64,000 bases of DNA from Candidatus Campbellbacteria bacterium. Its GTDB lineage: Bacteria; Patescibacteriota; Minisyncoccia; Phycocordibacterales; EsbW-18. Shown piece after piece: positions 27,540-37,334 of this stretch. The stretch spans positions 8,647-72,646 of the forward strand of contig BTUR01000003.1 in the NCBI GenBank assembly GCA_045863475.1, written 5' to 3'. The notes under the pieces were generated by a model. That model was given only the letters and a program-made list of their open reading frames with translations. It ran no database searches and was not told the DNA's origin. The position numbers and the translations under genes are program-made. Position 1 is the stretch's first letter; every line of letters begins with the position of its first letter.

Positions 27540-28949
27540 ATGGCAATGAAGCAATTTTACGTTACAACACCCATATATTACGTGAACGATAAGCCGCATA
27601 TCGGCCATGCTTATTCGACGCTCATTGCGGACGTTTTTGCGCGCTATTATCGGGGCGTATTGGGCGCAGATAACGTCTTTTTCCTCACCGGCACCGATGA
27701 ACACGGGCAGAAGATTGCCGAGGCGGCGGCGGCGGCCGGAAAGGACCCCCAGGCCTTCGTGGACGAGGTCTCCCGGGCGTTTCAAGCTGCCTGGAAGACT
27801 CTCAACATCTCCTACGACCACTTTTTCCGTACGACCGAGCCGCAGCATGAAGCACTCGTGAAGGAGATTCTCCAACAGGTATACGACAAGGGGTTCATCT
27901 ATAAAGACATCTACAAAGGACTCTACTGCGTCGGCTGTGAGCGCTACATCCTGCCCGATGAAGCCGTTGAGGGACATTGTCCATTGCATCCGAATAAACC
28001 GCTTGAGGAGCGGGAAGAGGAGAACTATTTTCTGCGACTTTCAAAGCTCGCACCGCGGGTTCTTGAGGCGCTTGAAAACAACGAGTACTTGGTACTGCCG
28101 CCGGAGAAGCGCAATGAAATACTCTCAAAGGTTCGCGGCGGCGTGAAGGACATTTCCATCTCGCGTGCGGGTGTTGAATGGGGAGTGAAAGTTCCGTGGG
28201 ATGAATCGCATACCGTGTACGTCTGGATTGACGCGCTGTTTAACTACTACACCGCAACGCGCATCGTGCCGGGACGCGAACGATTCTGGCCTGCGGATTT
28301 GCATCTGCTTGCCAAAGACATTTTGTGGTTCCACGCATTCATCTGGGAGGCGCTGCTTTTGGCCGCTGAGATTCCGTTTCCGAAAGCGGTGTTTGCGCAC
28401 GGATTTTTCACTATCGACGGACAGAAGATGAGCAAGTCCATCGGCAACGTCATCGACCCGCACACGCTTGTCGAGAAGTACGGCGTGGACGGCGCCCGCT
28501 ACTTGCTTTTGTCGGCGTTTCCGTTTGGCAATGACGGCGACATCACACTCTCACGATTTGATGAGAAGTTTAATGCGGACCTCGCCAACGGTATCGGCAA
28601 TCTCGTGTCGCGTGTCGCAACGCTGTGCGAAAAAGCGCAGCTCACCGGACTCCCGAAACCTGAAGCGCCGACAGAGGCCTCTGCCGACGCATTTGCACGG
28701 TTCTATCCCGATGAGGCACTCAACCACATCTGGGAGGAAATTCGTGGTCTTGATCGGAAGATAAATGATGATGCACCGTGGAAACTTGAGGGCGAGGCGC
28801 TTGCGAAAACAATGGCGGTGTATGCAAAAGTGCTCCTGCGCGTCGGTGTTGATGTAGCACCCTTTATGCCCGAGACCGCGGAGCGTATCATTGAGATATT
28901 CACAAAGCCGGCGATCACAAAGCCGCATCCGCTCTTCTCGCGTATATGA
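27540..28949 (+). CDS. metG: methionyl-tRNA synthetase
   Basis: HIGH motif (KPHIGHAYS), KMSKS motif, zinc knuckle CVGCERY...CPLHPN. Confidence 0.9.
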   Translation: MAMKQFYVTTPIYYVNDKPHIGHAYSTLIADVFARYYRGVLGADNVFFLTGTDEHGQKIAEAAAAAGKDPQAFVDEVSRAFQAAWKTLNISYDHFFRTTEPQHEALVKEILQQVYDKGFIYKDIYKGLYCVGCERYILPDEAVEGHCPLHPNKPLEEREEENYFLRLSKLAPRVLEALENNEYLVLPPEKRNEILSKVRGGVKDISISRAGVEWGVKVPWDESHTVYVWIDALFNYYTATRIVPGRERFWPADLHLLAKDILWFHAFIWEALLLAAEIPFPKAVFAHGFFTIDGQKMSKSIGNVIDPHTLVEKYGVDGARYLLLSAFPFGNDGDITLSRFDEKFNADLANGIGNLVSRVATLCEKAQLTGLPKPEAPTEASADAFARFYPDEALNHIWEEIRGLDRKINDDAPWKLEGEALAKTMAVYAKVLLRVGVDVAPFMPETAERIIEIFTKPAITKPHPLFSRI

Positions 28950-29449
28950 GCATCTTCAATCGCATCCGCAACCCTGAAATCGTCCGCAACCTCGTATTCG
29001 GAACGGAAGACAGTTTGGTGTCGACCATCGGGTTTGTCTCCGGCATCGCATCAGCCGGTGTTGCGTCACGCACCATCATTCTCTCCGGCGTTATTCTTAT
29101 CCTCGTGGAGGCGTTTTCGATGGCGATCGGTTCGCTTGTGTCGAGTAATTCAGCCGACGAGGTGATGAAACAAAAAGCGGTGGCGTACGGCCGTTCTACC
29201 GGGTATGCGTTCATCATGTTTTTCTCGTACATCGTCGCCGGTGCACTCGTGCTACTCCCGTATTTCGTCGTTCCCGTTGCCGCCGCGTTCCGTGCGTCCA
29301 TCTGCATCGCGCTTATCCTTCTGTTCTCGCTTGGCGCGCTCTCGGGTTACTACGCGCGCATCTCTCCGTGGCGCAAAGGTATTTCCATTACGCTTATCGG
29401 TGGCATCGCCATTGTAATTGGTGTTGTTGTCGGCAGCGCTTTTAATTAA
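28946..29449 (+). CDS. VIT1/CCC1-family (Fe/Mn transporter-like) membrane protein
   Basis: VFGTEDSLVSTIGFVSGIA matches the VIT-family N-terminal motif. About 5 TM helices. Start overlaps the metG stop. Confidence 0.65.
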   Translation: MSIFNRIRNPEIVRNLVFGTEDSLVSTIGFVSGIASAGVASRTIILSGVILILVEAFSMAIGSLVSSNSADEVMKQKAVAYGRSTGYAFIMFFSYIVAGALVLLPYFVVPVAAAFRASICIALILLFSLGALSGYYARISPWRKGISITLIGGIAIVIGVVVGSAFN

Positions 29450-29464
29450 TCACCTAACCACACT

Positions 29465-29908
29465 ATGAAAAAAACAGCACTCATTGTCGGAGTACTTATT
29501 CTTGCGGGAATCGCCTGGTATGCATACCGAGCGCCGCAGGAACCTTTGGCAACGCTTACTGAAGAGCGGGGAGGGGTTCCGTACGAGATGATTACCGTGG
29601 ACTCGCCCCGGCCCGACAGCGTCGTTACGTCACCGCTTACGGTTACCGGTCGCGCACGCGGCTACTGGTTTTTTGAGGCGTCATTTCCGGTCTCACTCGT
29701 AAACTGGGATGGACTTATCATTGCGCAGGGAATTGCAACCGCGAAAGATGATTGGATGACGGAAGAGTTGGTGGAATTTGAGGCAGTACTTGCATTTGAG
29801 AAGCCGACGCTGTATCCGGAGCGCGGGGCGCTCATTCTGCAAAGAGACAACCCGTCAGGACTTCCTGAGAACGACGCGGCGCTTGAGATACCGATTCGCT
29901 ACGAATAA
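29465..29908 (+). CDS. secreted Gmad2-type immunoglobulin-like domain protein
   Basis: N-terminal TM/signal, then SPLTVTGRARGYWFFEASFPVSLVNWDG. Confidence 0.45.
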   Translation: MKKTALIVGVLILAGIAWYAYRAPQEPLATLTEERGGVPYEMITVDSPRPDSVVTSPLTVTGRARGYWFFEASFPVSLVNWDGLIIAQGIATAKDDWMTEELVEFEAVLAFEKPTLYPERGALILQRDNPSGLPENDAALEIPIRYE

Positions 29909-29911
29909 CAC

Positions 29912-30862
29912 ATGAACGACATACCAGATACAGTAGCGCCGGCGGCTCCTGCCACGAAAGCAGTCCGGACACGAAAGAAAAAGTATTCCACGGAAGTTCT
30001 GTACGCCGCGGCCGGAGGGACGTTTCTTATGGGTGTTTTACTCATGGGAGTCGCGGTCTCGTCGGTGCGCAAAGATATCGAGTCAATGGCACTGCGTCTC
30101 AATGCGCTTGAAAACATGGCGGTGACAACAAGCGAGCAGACGGCTTCAATTCTGTCGTCGATGTCGGAGGACGAACGGGAACGGTACGAACAGGAGCTGG
30201 CGTTTCAGGAACAACTCGCGGCACTTTCAAGCAATCTTTCAAGTCAGCAGTCGCAAATTACAACTGTTGTGCAGACGACTGATGTCAGCGCCAGAATAGC
30301 CGCGTGGAGCCCGTTTGTGTACACGATTGAATGCCGCTTCACACTCGCAAACGGGGAGGATGACACGGACCGCGGTTCCGCGACCTTAGAGCGCACATCA
30401 TTCGGCGTGCGTCTCATCACCAACAAGCACGTTATTGAGCGCACTGACTCAGGTGTGCTTGAAGAATGTACGCTGTCGAAACCAGATACCGACACGGAAA
30501 TTGAAGTTGATGCGGAAAGCTTCGTGAAAAACGAGGACGCCGATTACGCGTATGCGTTTTTGAGCGCGAATGCTGACGCCATGCTCTTTACACAGCGTTG
30601 CGCGCAGAAACCCGCCATCGGTGACACGGTGCTCATCCTCGGGTATCCGGGTATTGGTGCGAAAGAGTCCATCACCGCAACGGAAGGTATTATTTCCGGA
30701 TTTGATGAGGATTACTACACGACGTCCGCGAAGATTGAGAAGGGAAACTCCGGCGGTGCGGCGATTGATGTGAAGCGAAACTGTTTTTTGGGACTTCCGA
30801 CACTCGTATTCTCCGGTCGCGTGGAATCACTCGCGCGTATCCTGCCCGTGCTCGGGCTCTAA
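29912..30862 (+). CDS. membrane-anchored trypsin-like (S1) serine peptidase
   Basis: Catalytic triad context TNKHV (His), DYAYA (Asp), GNSGGA (Ser). N-terminal TM anchor. Confidence 0.7.
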   Translation: MNDIPDTVAPAAPATKAVRTRKKKYSTEVLYAAAGGTFLMGVLLMGVAVSSVRKDIESMALRLNALENMAVTTSEQTASILSSMSEDERERYEQELAFQEQLAALSSNLSSQQSQITTVVQTTDVSARIAAWSPFVYTIECRFTLANGEDDTDRGSATLERTSFGVRLITNKHVIERTDSGVLEECTLSKPDTDTEIEVDAESFVKNEDADYAYAFLSANADAMLFTQRCAQKPAIGDTVLILGYPGIGAKESITATEGIISGFDEDYYTTSAKIEKGNSGGAAIDVKRNCFLGLPTLVFSGRVESLARILPVLGL

Positions 30863-30881
30863 TATGGTATACTGACCGCAT

Positions 30882-31175
30882 ATGTTTGAGACCGTACAAG
30901 CAATAGACGTATTTTTTATCGTCATGGCGCTCTCGATTGCGATTGCGACGATAGTTGGGGCGCTCATCGGCTGGCACGTATTCGGCATCGCACGCGACGC
31001 ACACAAAGTGGTGAGTGCGGTTCGCGACGAAGGTGAAGCGGTCGTGCACGAAGCCGCAGTGGCCGTGAAGCACATTGTTGAAGAAAAAGCGCAGGAAATC
31101 CGCCAAAAAATCAGCGATATAAAACCGCAGAAACCGCGTCGTAAGAGCACAAAGCGCAAGCTCGTTACCGGCTAA
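30882..31175 (+). CDS. hypothetical small membrane protein
   Basis: 97 aa, one TM helix, basic C-terminus. Confidence 0.35.
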   Translation: MFETVQAIDVFFIVMALSIAIATIVGALIGWHVFGIARDAHKVVSAVRDEGEAVVHEAAVAVKHIVEEKAQEIRQKISDIKPQKPRRKSTKRKLVTG

Positions 31176-31188
31176 TCTCCGTTGCTGT

Positions 31189-31575
31189 ATGCGAAAGATA
31201 CTCATCACACTTGGAGTTGTCATCATCCTTTTGGTAGCCGGTTTTTTCATGTTCAAAAACAAGGATGCGGCTGAACCTGAAACGTCGGTTGATATTCAGG
31301 AAGGACAGACGTTGACTGATGAGGACGTTCAAGAAATCATCCAAATGGTCGGTCGACATATACAACTGCCGGATGAGATGCCGGAAGTCGGTGTAGTCAC
31401 CGATATTGAAATACTCCGTTCAACACAGCCCTTTTACGCGAATGCGGAGAACGGCAATGTTCTTCTGCTGTATCCGAGCATCTCGCGCGCCATTCTTTTT
31501 GATCCGGACCAGGACGTCATCATCAATGTCGGCCCGATTGTGTTTGAAAACCCGGAAGGAGGACCGACTGAATAA
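31189..31575 (+). CDS. hypothetical membrane-anchored protein
   Basis: 128 aa, N-terminal TM helix, followed by a strong terminator. Confidence 0.4.
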   Translation: MRKILITLGVVIILLVAGFFMFKNKDAAEPETSVDIQEGQTLTDEDVQEIIQMVGRHIQLPDEMPEVGVVTDIEILRSTQPFYANAENGNVLLLYPSISRAILFDPDQDVIINVGPIVFENPEGGPTE

Positions 31576-31585
31576 CGCAAACTAC

Positions 31586-31618
31586 AAAAAACCACTCCGG
31601 CACGCCGGAGTGGTTTTC
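31586..31618. terminator. bidirectional rho-independent terminator
   Basis: AAAAAACCACTCCGGC-ACG-CCGGAGTGGTTTT. Confidence 0.7.
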
Positions 31619-31629
31619 AGTTCGTTTGG

Positions 31630-31905
31630 TTAGATGCCGAGCAGTTGGCGGATACGCCCCTCATCAAACCCGATGATGATTTCTTCGTGGCCGGCCTGTC
31701 CTTCAGGAACTGAGGGGTCAACGATTGCAATGACCGGAACACCGAGCTGGTTGGTCTTTTGCACCATTTCCATTCGCTTGGCGACGTCTTCGGCGACGTT
31801 GTAATCAGTGAAGGTGACGTTTTTCTCAGCAAACAGATCTTTCGCCATGTGGCAGAAGTGGCATGTCGGGGTGGAGTAAATGGAGACCGTTTTTGTCTGG
31901 GCCAT
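31630..31905 (-). CDS. glutaredoxin-like protein (NrdH/YruB-type)
   Basis: Redox motif TPTCHFCH, then the thioredoxin-fold pattern GVPVI...I.G. Confidence 0.65.
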   Translation of the reverse strand: MAQTKTVSIYSTPTCHFCHMAKDLFAEKNVTFTDYNVAEDVAKRMEMVQKTNQLGVPVIAIVDPSVPEGQAGHEEIIIGFDEGRIRQLLGI

Positions 31906-31979
31906 AGGTCAGAAAATAGTGAATGGTGAATAGTGGAGGAAGTATACCACGGGGGAATGTGCGGAAAAGTTGCAGACGG

Positions 31980-33137
31980 TTATTTTGTGTCGCGTAATCG
32001 AAGCGTCGGTATAAGCCCGCTGAGCACGAAGAGACCGAGTACCAAAAAGATGAACCGCATGTCTATAAAGGTCAAAAATACCGAGAAAATAAGCGGCGCG
32101 ACAATATAGCCCATGGGTTCAACGATGCGGTACAGGCTTACCGTCTCAACGTCGTCTTTGCTGACGTGCTTGAAAAAGTACGTCTCCGTCATGATCTCAA
32201 CGGCCGCGGCGCCGATGCGGGTGGCAAGGAGCACGAGACTCCAGACAAGCACGCTGCCGCTCGTGACCCAGGTTACAAGCGCGGTTGCAAGGGCAGTCAT
32301 GAGAAACCCGCCGAACATTATTTCTTTTTCTCCAAAGCGCGTATCCGCAAGACGTCCGAGCGGGTACTCAAGCACCGCAAACGGTATGAGCATGACGGTA
32401 AACGCGATGCCGATTTTCTCCCACGACATACCCATACTCTGGTGCAGGTACAGTCCCGTGTAGACGACCATGGCCGCGTAGAACATTCGCAGTACGAGAT
32501 TTGCTGAGAAGATGTTTCTGAGTGCCGGGTGCCGCCAGACGGAGCGTAGTGCGGGAATGAGTTGCAAGCGCGTGTGTGTGGAGTCCTTGAATCCTCTGAA
32601 TGAAAAGAGAAGCAGAAGAACGGCGGGAACGAGCGCAAAGAGCGACGCGAAGAATATGCGCGTGTACTCGGTGCCGTCATCCAGCAAGAGACCGACGAAG
32701 AGTGGCGAGAGGAGGAGTGCGGTGTTGCCGGCGGCCATGAAGATGCCGCGGAGCCGCCCTGTCTCGGCATCAAATGAGAGTGTCTCAAGAATGATGTCAG
32801 TGTCGAAGAACAGCACACGCACGAGTACGTAGTGAGCGATGAACGACAGTGCAATGAGCGCGACGGAAGGAGCAAACGTCAGTCCGAAGAGCGCGAGACC
32901 CTCAATAAGGAGGGCCAGCGCGGTGAAGCGTATACTGCCGAATAGTTTGAGTGCGTGCGGCAGGTACAGGAGAACGGGTATGGAGAGAAGCGCTGCGAGC
33001 GAGAAGAGCAACCCGACACTCCTCACTGACATATGCTCCTCAAGGATGCTTCCGTTGATGTAGAGGAAGAGATATGCGTGAAACGAAAGCAGGAAGGTGA
33101 GGAGGTATGTGTTGGAGAGCAGTATGGAGCGCTTCAT
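31980..33137 (-). CDS. MFS-family transporter
   Basis: 385 aa, about 12 TM helices. Confidence 0.65.
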   Translation of the reverse strand: MKRSILLSNTYLLTFLLSFHAYLFLYINGSILEEHMSVRSVGLLFSLAALLSIPVLLYLPHALKLFGSIRFTALALLIEGLALFGLTFAPSVALIALSFIAHYVLVRVLFFDTDIILETLSFDAETGRLRGIFMAAGNTALLLSPLFVGLLLDDGTEYTRIFFASLFALVPAVLLLLFSFRGFKDSTHTRLQLIPALRSVWRHPALRNIFSANLVLRMFYAAMVVYTGLYLHQSMGMSWEKIGIAFTVMLIPFAVLEYPLGRLADTRFGEKEIMFGGFLMTALATALVTWVTSGSVLVWSLVLLATRIGAAAVEIMTETYFFKHVSKDDVETVSLYRIVEPMGYIVAPLIFSVFLTFIDMRFIFLVLGLFVLSGLIPTLRLRDTK

Positions 33138-33258
33138 CCCGTTAGAGGCAAACCGCGGTGCTTCGCGGAGTGCGGTGGTTAGTCTGCCAAAGAATCTGTC
33201 CCATAAGTACTATTGTAACGCATACCTACTCACGATCTCTAACGGGATTCATGGTTCT

Positions 33259-35301
33259 CTAGACGCCGATGACGACAGGAATAACGATAGGGGATTTACC
33301 CGTTTTTTGGAAGAGGAACTTTCGTATGTCGTCGGTGATGACTCCTTTCACGATGTCGAAGTTAATCGGATGCATGCCGCGCGTCGTGTTTTCAGCGGCC
33401 TTCGTGACTAATGAGCGTGCTCCTGAGATGAGTTCCTGCTGTTCTTTGAGGTAGACGAATCCGCGCGAAATGATGTCGGGGGACTTGCGCAATTTGCCGG
33501 TTTTCGGATTTACCGATACGACGATAACGAAAATACCGTCCTCGGAAAGCGTTTGGCGATCGCGCACGACGACGTGTTGCTGTTCACCGACGGAGAAGCC
33601 GTCCACCATGATGGACCCTGCCGGTGCCTTCTCCTTGCGTACGGCAATTTTGTCTCCGCCCTCGGAAATTTCAATGATGGAACCGTTGTCCGGAATGACG
33701 ATGTTTTCTTTCGGTGCGCCGAGATGTTCGGCCATTTCCGCGTGGATGCGGAGCATGAAGTGGTGACCGTGGAGCGGCATGAAGTACTTGTAGTCGAGCT
33801 GTTGGTGAATCCAACCGAGCTCGTCGCGGTTACCGTGGCCTGAGGCGTGCACGGTGGAATCCTGGTACGTGATGATACGCGCTTCCTGACGGTACAGGTT
33901 GTCTTTGAGTTTTGTGATGGCGCGCTCGTTGCCCGGAATGACGGATGACGAGAAGACGACCGTGTCGGTGCGGGAAAGCGTGATGTACTTGTGTGTCTTG
34001 TTGGCGATGCGGTCGAACACCGAGTATTCCTCGCCCTGTGCGCCGGTTGCCAGCACGATGATGCGGTTTGCCGGATAGTCTTCCATCTCCTCAATCGGGA
34101 TGATGTTGTCGAATTTCACGAGCTCGAGTTGTTTGACGATTTCAACGTTGCTCTTCATGGAGCGACCGTCGATGGCGACAACTTTGTTGTATTTCTGCGC
34201 GAGTTTGATGAACTGAATGACGCGCTCGACTTGCGATGCAAAGGTGCCGATGATGAGGCGTCCGGGGACGTCTTTGAGAATTCCTTCCATGGTTTCCATG
34301 GCTTTTGATTCAGGGAGCGAAAATCCCGGTTTTTCAACTGATGTTGAGTCGAGTGTGAAGAGGAGGATTTTTTTGTCAGCAAAATGCTTCCAGTGCTCTT
34401 TTTCTTTGTCCGTCGGTATACCGTCGACGTGGTCAACGCGAACGTCCTCAACGAATGCAACGGTGCCGATTGGCGTGTCGATAAGAAGACCCATTGAGTC
34501 GGGGATTGCGTGCGAGATAGGGAAGAAGGAGACCGAGAAGTTCTTGCCGATTTTGATGGTCTCCGTGCCGCGCACGGTTTTCATATCAAGCGGTGCAACA
34601 TCCGGAAACTCGAGTTGGCGCTTCTGGATGATGAGCGAGCCGAATTCGCGCGAGTAAATCGGCGGGTTACCGATGTCTTCAATGATATACGGAATAGCGC
34701 CGATGTGGTCGTAGTGTCCGTGGGTGATGAACAACGCTTTCACGCGGTCTTTGCGTTCTTTCAGGTACGTTACGTCCGGCAGAATGTAGTCGATGCCCGG
34801 TGTTTCCGCTTCTGAGAATTGGAAACCGGCATCAACAACGATAATTTCGTCGCCGTACTCCAAAAGCGTCATGTTCTTGCCGATTTCCTCAGTTCCGCCG
34901 AGCGGAACGACGCGAAGTACACCTTCGGCAGGAGGCGGAATGTGGGTGCTTCGATTACCCGGAGAAGGAGATGTTTTTTGAATACGGGTTTTGTCCGGGC
35001 GACGCATGCGAACCGGTTTACCGGATCCTCCTCGTCCTCCGCGGCGTCCGTCGCCGGCGTTATTGCCGCGGCGAAAATTGCCCCCGCGCTGGCGTTCATT
35101 CCCTCCGGTGCGCCTTGGGCGCGCCTGTGCTTCTCCCGTTGACTCGAGTGCTGAGAACACGCGTCGCTTGCGTGGTGCGCCGTTTCCGGTTTTTGCCAGT
35201 GGCACCGAGCCCTGTGCGGGTGCCTTGTGGGTGGGAGCCGTCTGTGTACGCATCACGCGGATGCGTCCTCGCGAACGCCCATGACCTGAGTGTCGTTCCA
35301 T
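33259..35301 (-). CDS. rnj: ribonuclease J with Arg/Gly-rich N-terminal extension
   Basis: Metallo-beta-lactamase motif HGHYDHIGAIPY, beta-CASP region, RNase J start VVPLGGTEEIGKNMTLLEY. It is preceded by an R/G-rich extension of about 125 aa. Confidence 0.9.
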   Translation of the reverse strand: MERHSGHGRSRGRIRVMRTQTAPTHKAPAQGSVPLAKTGNGAPRKRRVFSALESTGEAQARPRRTGGNERQRGGNFRRGNNAGDGRRGGRGGSGKPVRMRRPDKTRIQKTSPSPGNRSTHIPPPAEGVLRVVPLGGTEEIGKNMTLLEYGDEIIVVDAGFQFSEAETPGIDYILPDVTYLKERKDRVKALFITHGHYDHIGAIPYIIEDIGNPPIYSREFGSLIIQKRQLEFPDVAPLDMKTVRGTETIKIGKNFSVSFFPISHAIPDSMGLLIDTPIGTVAFVEDVRVDHVDGIPTDKEKEHWKHFADKKILLFTLDSTSVEKPGFSLPESKAMETMEGILKDVPGRLIIGTFASQVERVIQFIKLAQKYNKVVAIDGRSMKSNVEIVKQLELVKFDNIIPIEEMEDYPANRIIVLATGAQGEEYSVFDRIANKTHKYITLSRTDTVVFSSSVIPGNERAITKLKDNLYRQEARIITYQDSTVHASGHGNRDELGWIHQQLDYKYFMPLHGHHFMLRIHAEMAEHLGAPKENIVIPDNGSIIEISEGGDKIAVRKEKAPAGSIMVDGFSVGEQQHVVVRDRQTLSEDGIFVIVVSVNPKTGKLRKSPDIISRGFVYLKEQQELISGARSLVTKAAENTTRGMHPINFDIVKGVITDDIRKFLFQKTGKSPIVIPVVIGV

Positions 35302-35329
35302 AACTGTCTGTAGGTAGCCTACGTTGTTG

Positions 35330-37024
35330 CTAATTGACTAAAAAGGTAAAAATTCGTTGTGTGTTCACGTACCACGTGTGTGCGTCAAGAAAACGTTCGC
35401 TCGGTTCTTGTACTGACCCTTCATAGACACCCAAGATGTTCTTCGGAAGGACATAGACCATGTCGGGGACATAGAGAAACAGCGACGGTATGTCTGACTG
35501 CCACTCATCCAAAAACGAGCCGTACAAAGCTGTTCGTTCGTCGTGAGAAAGGGTGGTTCGTAGCTTCTCCAATGTAGCATCGGCGCTTGCGTTTGTATAG
35601 AGCGCAACATTGAGTCCCGGGTCGTTGCGCTGACTTGAGTGCCAGAACGGATAGAGGTCGCCTTCGCGGGAGAGAACTTGCCCGAACAAGAGCGCGTCGT
35701 AGTCGCGTGTGCGGATGACGCTTTGGTTGAGGGCAGCGAGGTCAAAGAGTTCAACGGACACGGATGCGCCCAGATCGTTCCATTGCTTCTGCAGAAGTTC
35801 GGCGGCGAGCTTGAGTGCGGGGCTGTTGACTGTTTTTATCGAAAACGAGAGTTCCATACTCTTTTTCGTGTACACACCTGTTTCGGCATCGCGCGTCCAT
35901 CCGGAATTTTCAAGTAGTGCACGCGCGTCATCGACTGTTTTTGCCGGTGTTGCCGTCGCGCTGTAGAGATGCGGCGGGAGCGGAGTTGTAATCGGCGTGC
36001 CGAAGCCGCCGAGGACGTTTTCAATGATTTCGTCGCGGTTGACGGCGTAGGAGAGCGCTTTGCGAACCGCTTGGTCGGTGAATATGTCGTTGTGGTTGTA
36101 ATTGAAGAAGACACCGAAGGTGCGCGGGAGTGGGTAGCGCTTCACGGCCTCCGCATCTTCAATAAATTGCTGCATTGAATACGGGTCGGTTCCGCGGAAT
36201 GCGTCGATGTCACCGTCTGCGTACGCATCAAGCATTTCTCGTTCGTTTCCGAATATGTGCAGGAAGATGCGGGAGAGGTACGGTTCGCCGAGGCCGTAAC
36301 GCTTAAACGGGCGCAACAGATAATTCGTTACGACACCGTCGTTCTCCCGGATGCGTTCAAGCGCAAACGGTCCTGAACCGACAGGGCGCTCATTAAACGT
36401 TGAACCGCGAAAATCCTCGGCCGCGATGTCTTCCCAGATATGTTGCGGCATGATGCCGAGTGTCGTGTTGTTGAGAAAGCCGGCGTATGGTCGTGAGAGT
36501 GTAAACACAACGGTGCGCGCACCTTGCGCCTCGACGGTAACGCCGTCCCAGGTGCCCGCTCTCAAACTGCCGATGCGCGGGTCTTGTGCGCTTTTGACGG
36601 TGAAGACGACATCGCGTGCGGTCAGCGGCGTGTTGTCGTGAAAGTACAGTTCGGGCCGGAGCGTGAATGTGTACACCGTTTTGTCGTCTGACACGGAGTA
36701 CGACTCGGCAAGATCGGGAATGAGTTCGCCTCCCGGGAGTGCACGCATGAGCCCGGCATACATCAGTATGGTGAGGTCGCGGTCCGCGTCGGTTTGTGCC
36801 AGAAGGGGATTGATGAAACGCGGGGTTCCGACGATACCCTCATGGAGCGTGCCGCCCGGTGCGGGGACAACAACGGTGAGTTTTCCGTGCCACAACAGGA
36901 GCATCCACGAGAGGCTGACAACGGCAATGGCGGCAAGAACGACAAGACCCGCGCGCTCAAGAAAAGAGAGCGAGGCGAACGTGGAGCGCACGTACTCACG
37001 AAATCGGTGAGGTCGGCTATGCAT
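35330..37024 (-). CDS. ABC transporter substrate-binding protein, family 5 (peptide/nickel type)
   Basis: 564 aa, N-terminal TM anchor. SBP_bac_5-like features DLAESYSVSDDKTVYTFTLRPELYFHDNTPLTARDV. Confidence 0.75.
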   Translation of the reverse strand: MHSRPHRFREYVRSTFASLSFLERAGLVVLAAIAVVSLSWMLLLWHGKLTVVVPAPGGTLHEGIVGTPRFINPLLAQTDADRDLTILMYAGLMRALPGGELIPDLAESYSVSDDKTVYTFTLRPELYFHDNTPLTARDVVFTVKSAQDPRIGSLRAGTWDGVTVEAQGARTVVFTLSRPYAGFLNNTTLGIMPQHIWEDIAAEDFRGSTFNERPVGSGPFALERIRENDGVVTNYLLRPFKRYGLGEPYLSRIFLHIFGNEREMLDAYADGDIDAFRGTDPYSMQQFIEDAEAVKRYPLPRTFGVFFNYNHNDIFTDQAVRKALSYAVNRDEIIENVLGGFGTPITTPLPPHLYSATATPAKTVDDARALLENSGWTRDAETGVYTKKSMELSFSIKTVNSPALKLAAELLQKQWNDLGASVSVELFDLAALNQSVIRTRDYDALLFGQVLSREGDLYPFWHSSQRNDPGLNVALYTNASADATLEKLRTTLSHDERTALYGSFLDEWQSDIPSLFLYVPDMVYVLPKNILGVYEGSVQEPSERFLDAHTWYVNTQRIFTFLVN

Positions 37025-37045
37025 GCATGAATTTTAAGACCGTAA

Positions 37046-37267
37046 TTAACGGAGCAAGAGTGCTGCGATTGCGGATGCAATAAACAGGGTAGCGACGGTA
37101 ATTGTCGCGTAAAAGACGATGCGCTCGGCGCCGCGGCGCGTGCGCTGGATACCGCCGTCATCACCGCCGAAGGCGGCTCCCATACCGGCGTCCGACTGCT
37201 GCATCAAAATAAGCACGATGAGCACGACGGCAAGTCCGATCTGTATGAATGGAATGTATGTAATCAT
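37046..37267 (-). CDS. secG: preprotein translocase subunit SecG
   Basis: 73 aa. LMQQSDAGMGAAFGGDD...RRGAER matches the SecG signature. The longer ORF runs to 37618. Confidence 0.75.
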   Translation of the reverse strand: MITYIPFIQIGLAVVLIVLILMQQSDAGMGAAFGGDDGGIQRTRRGAERIVFYATITVATLFIASAIAALLLR

Positions 37268-37334
37268 GACGAATACGAGTATACCACAGTGGATTTCCGC
37301 GGTGAAGCAGCGTGGTACACTACAAAGACACACC

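Noticed and set aside
33510-35284. Multiple ORFs on both strands inside rnj
   Set aside because: Alternative frames of the RNase J gene (high GC). No independent motifs.
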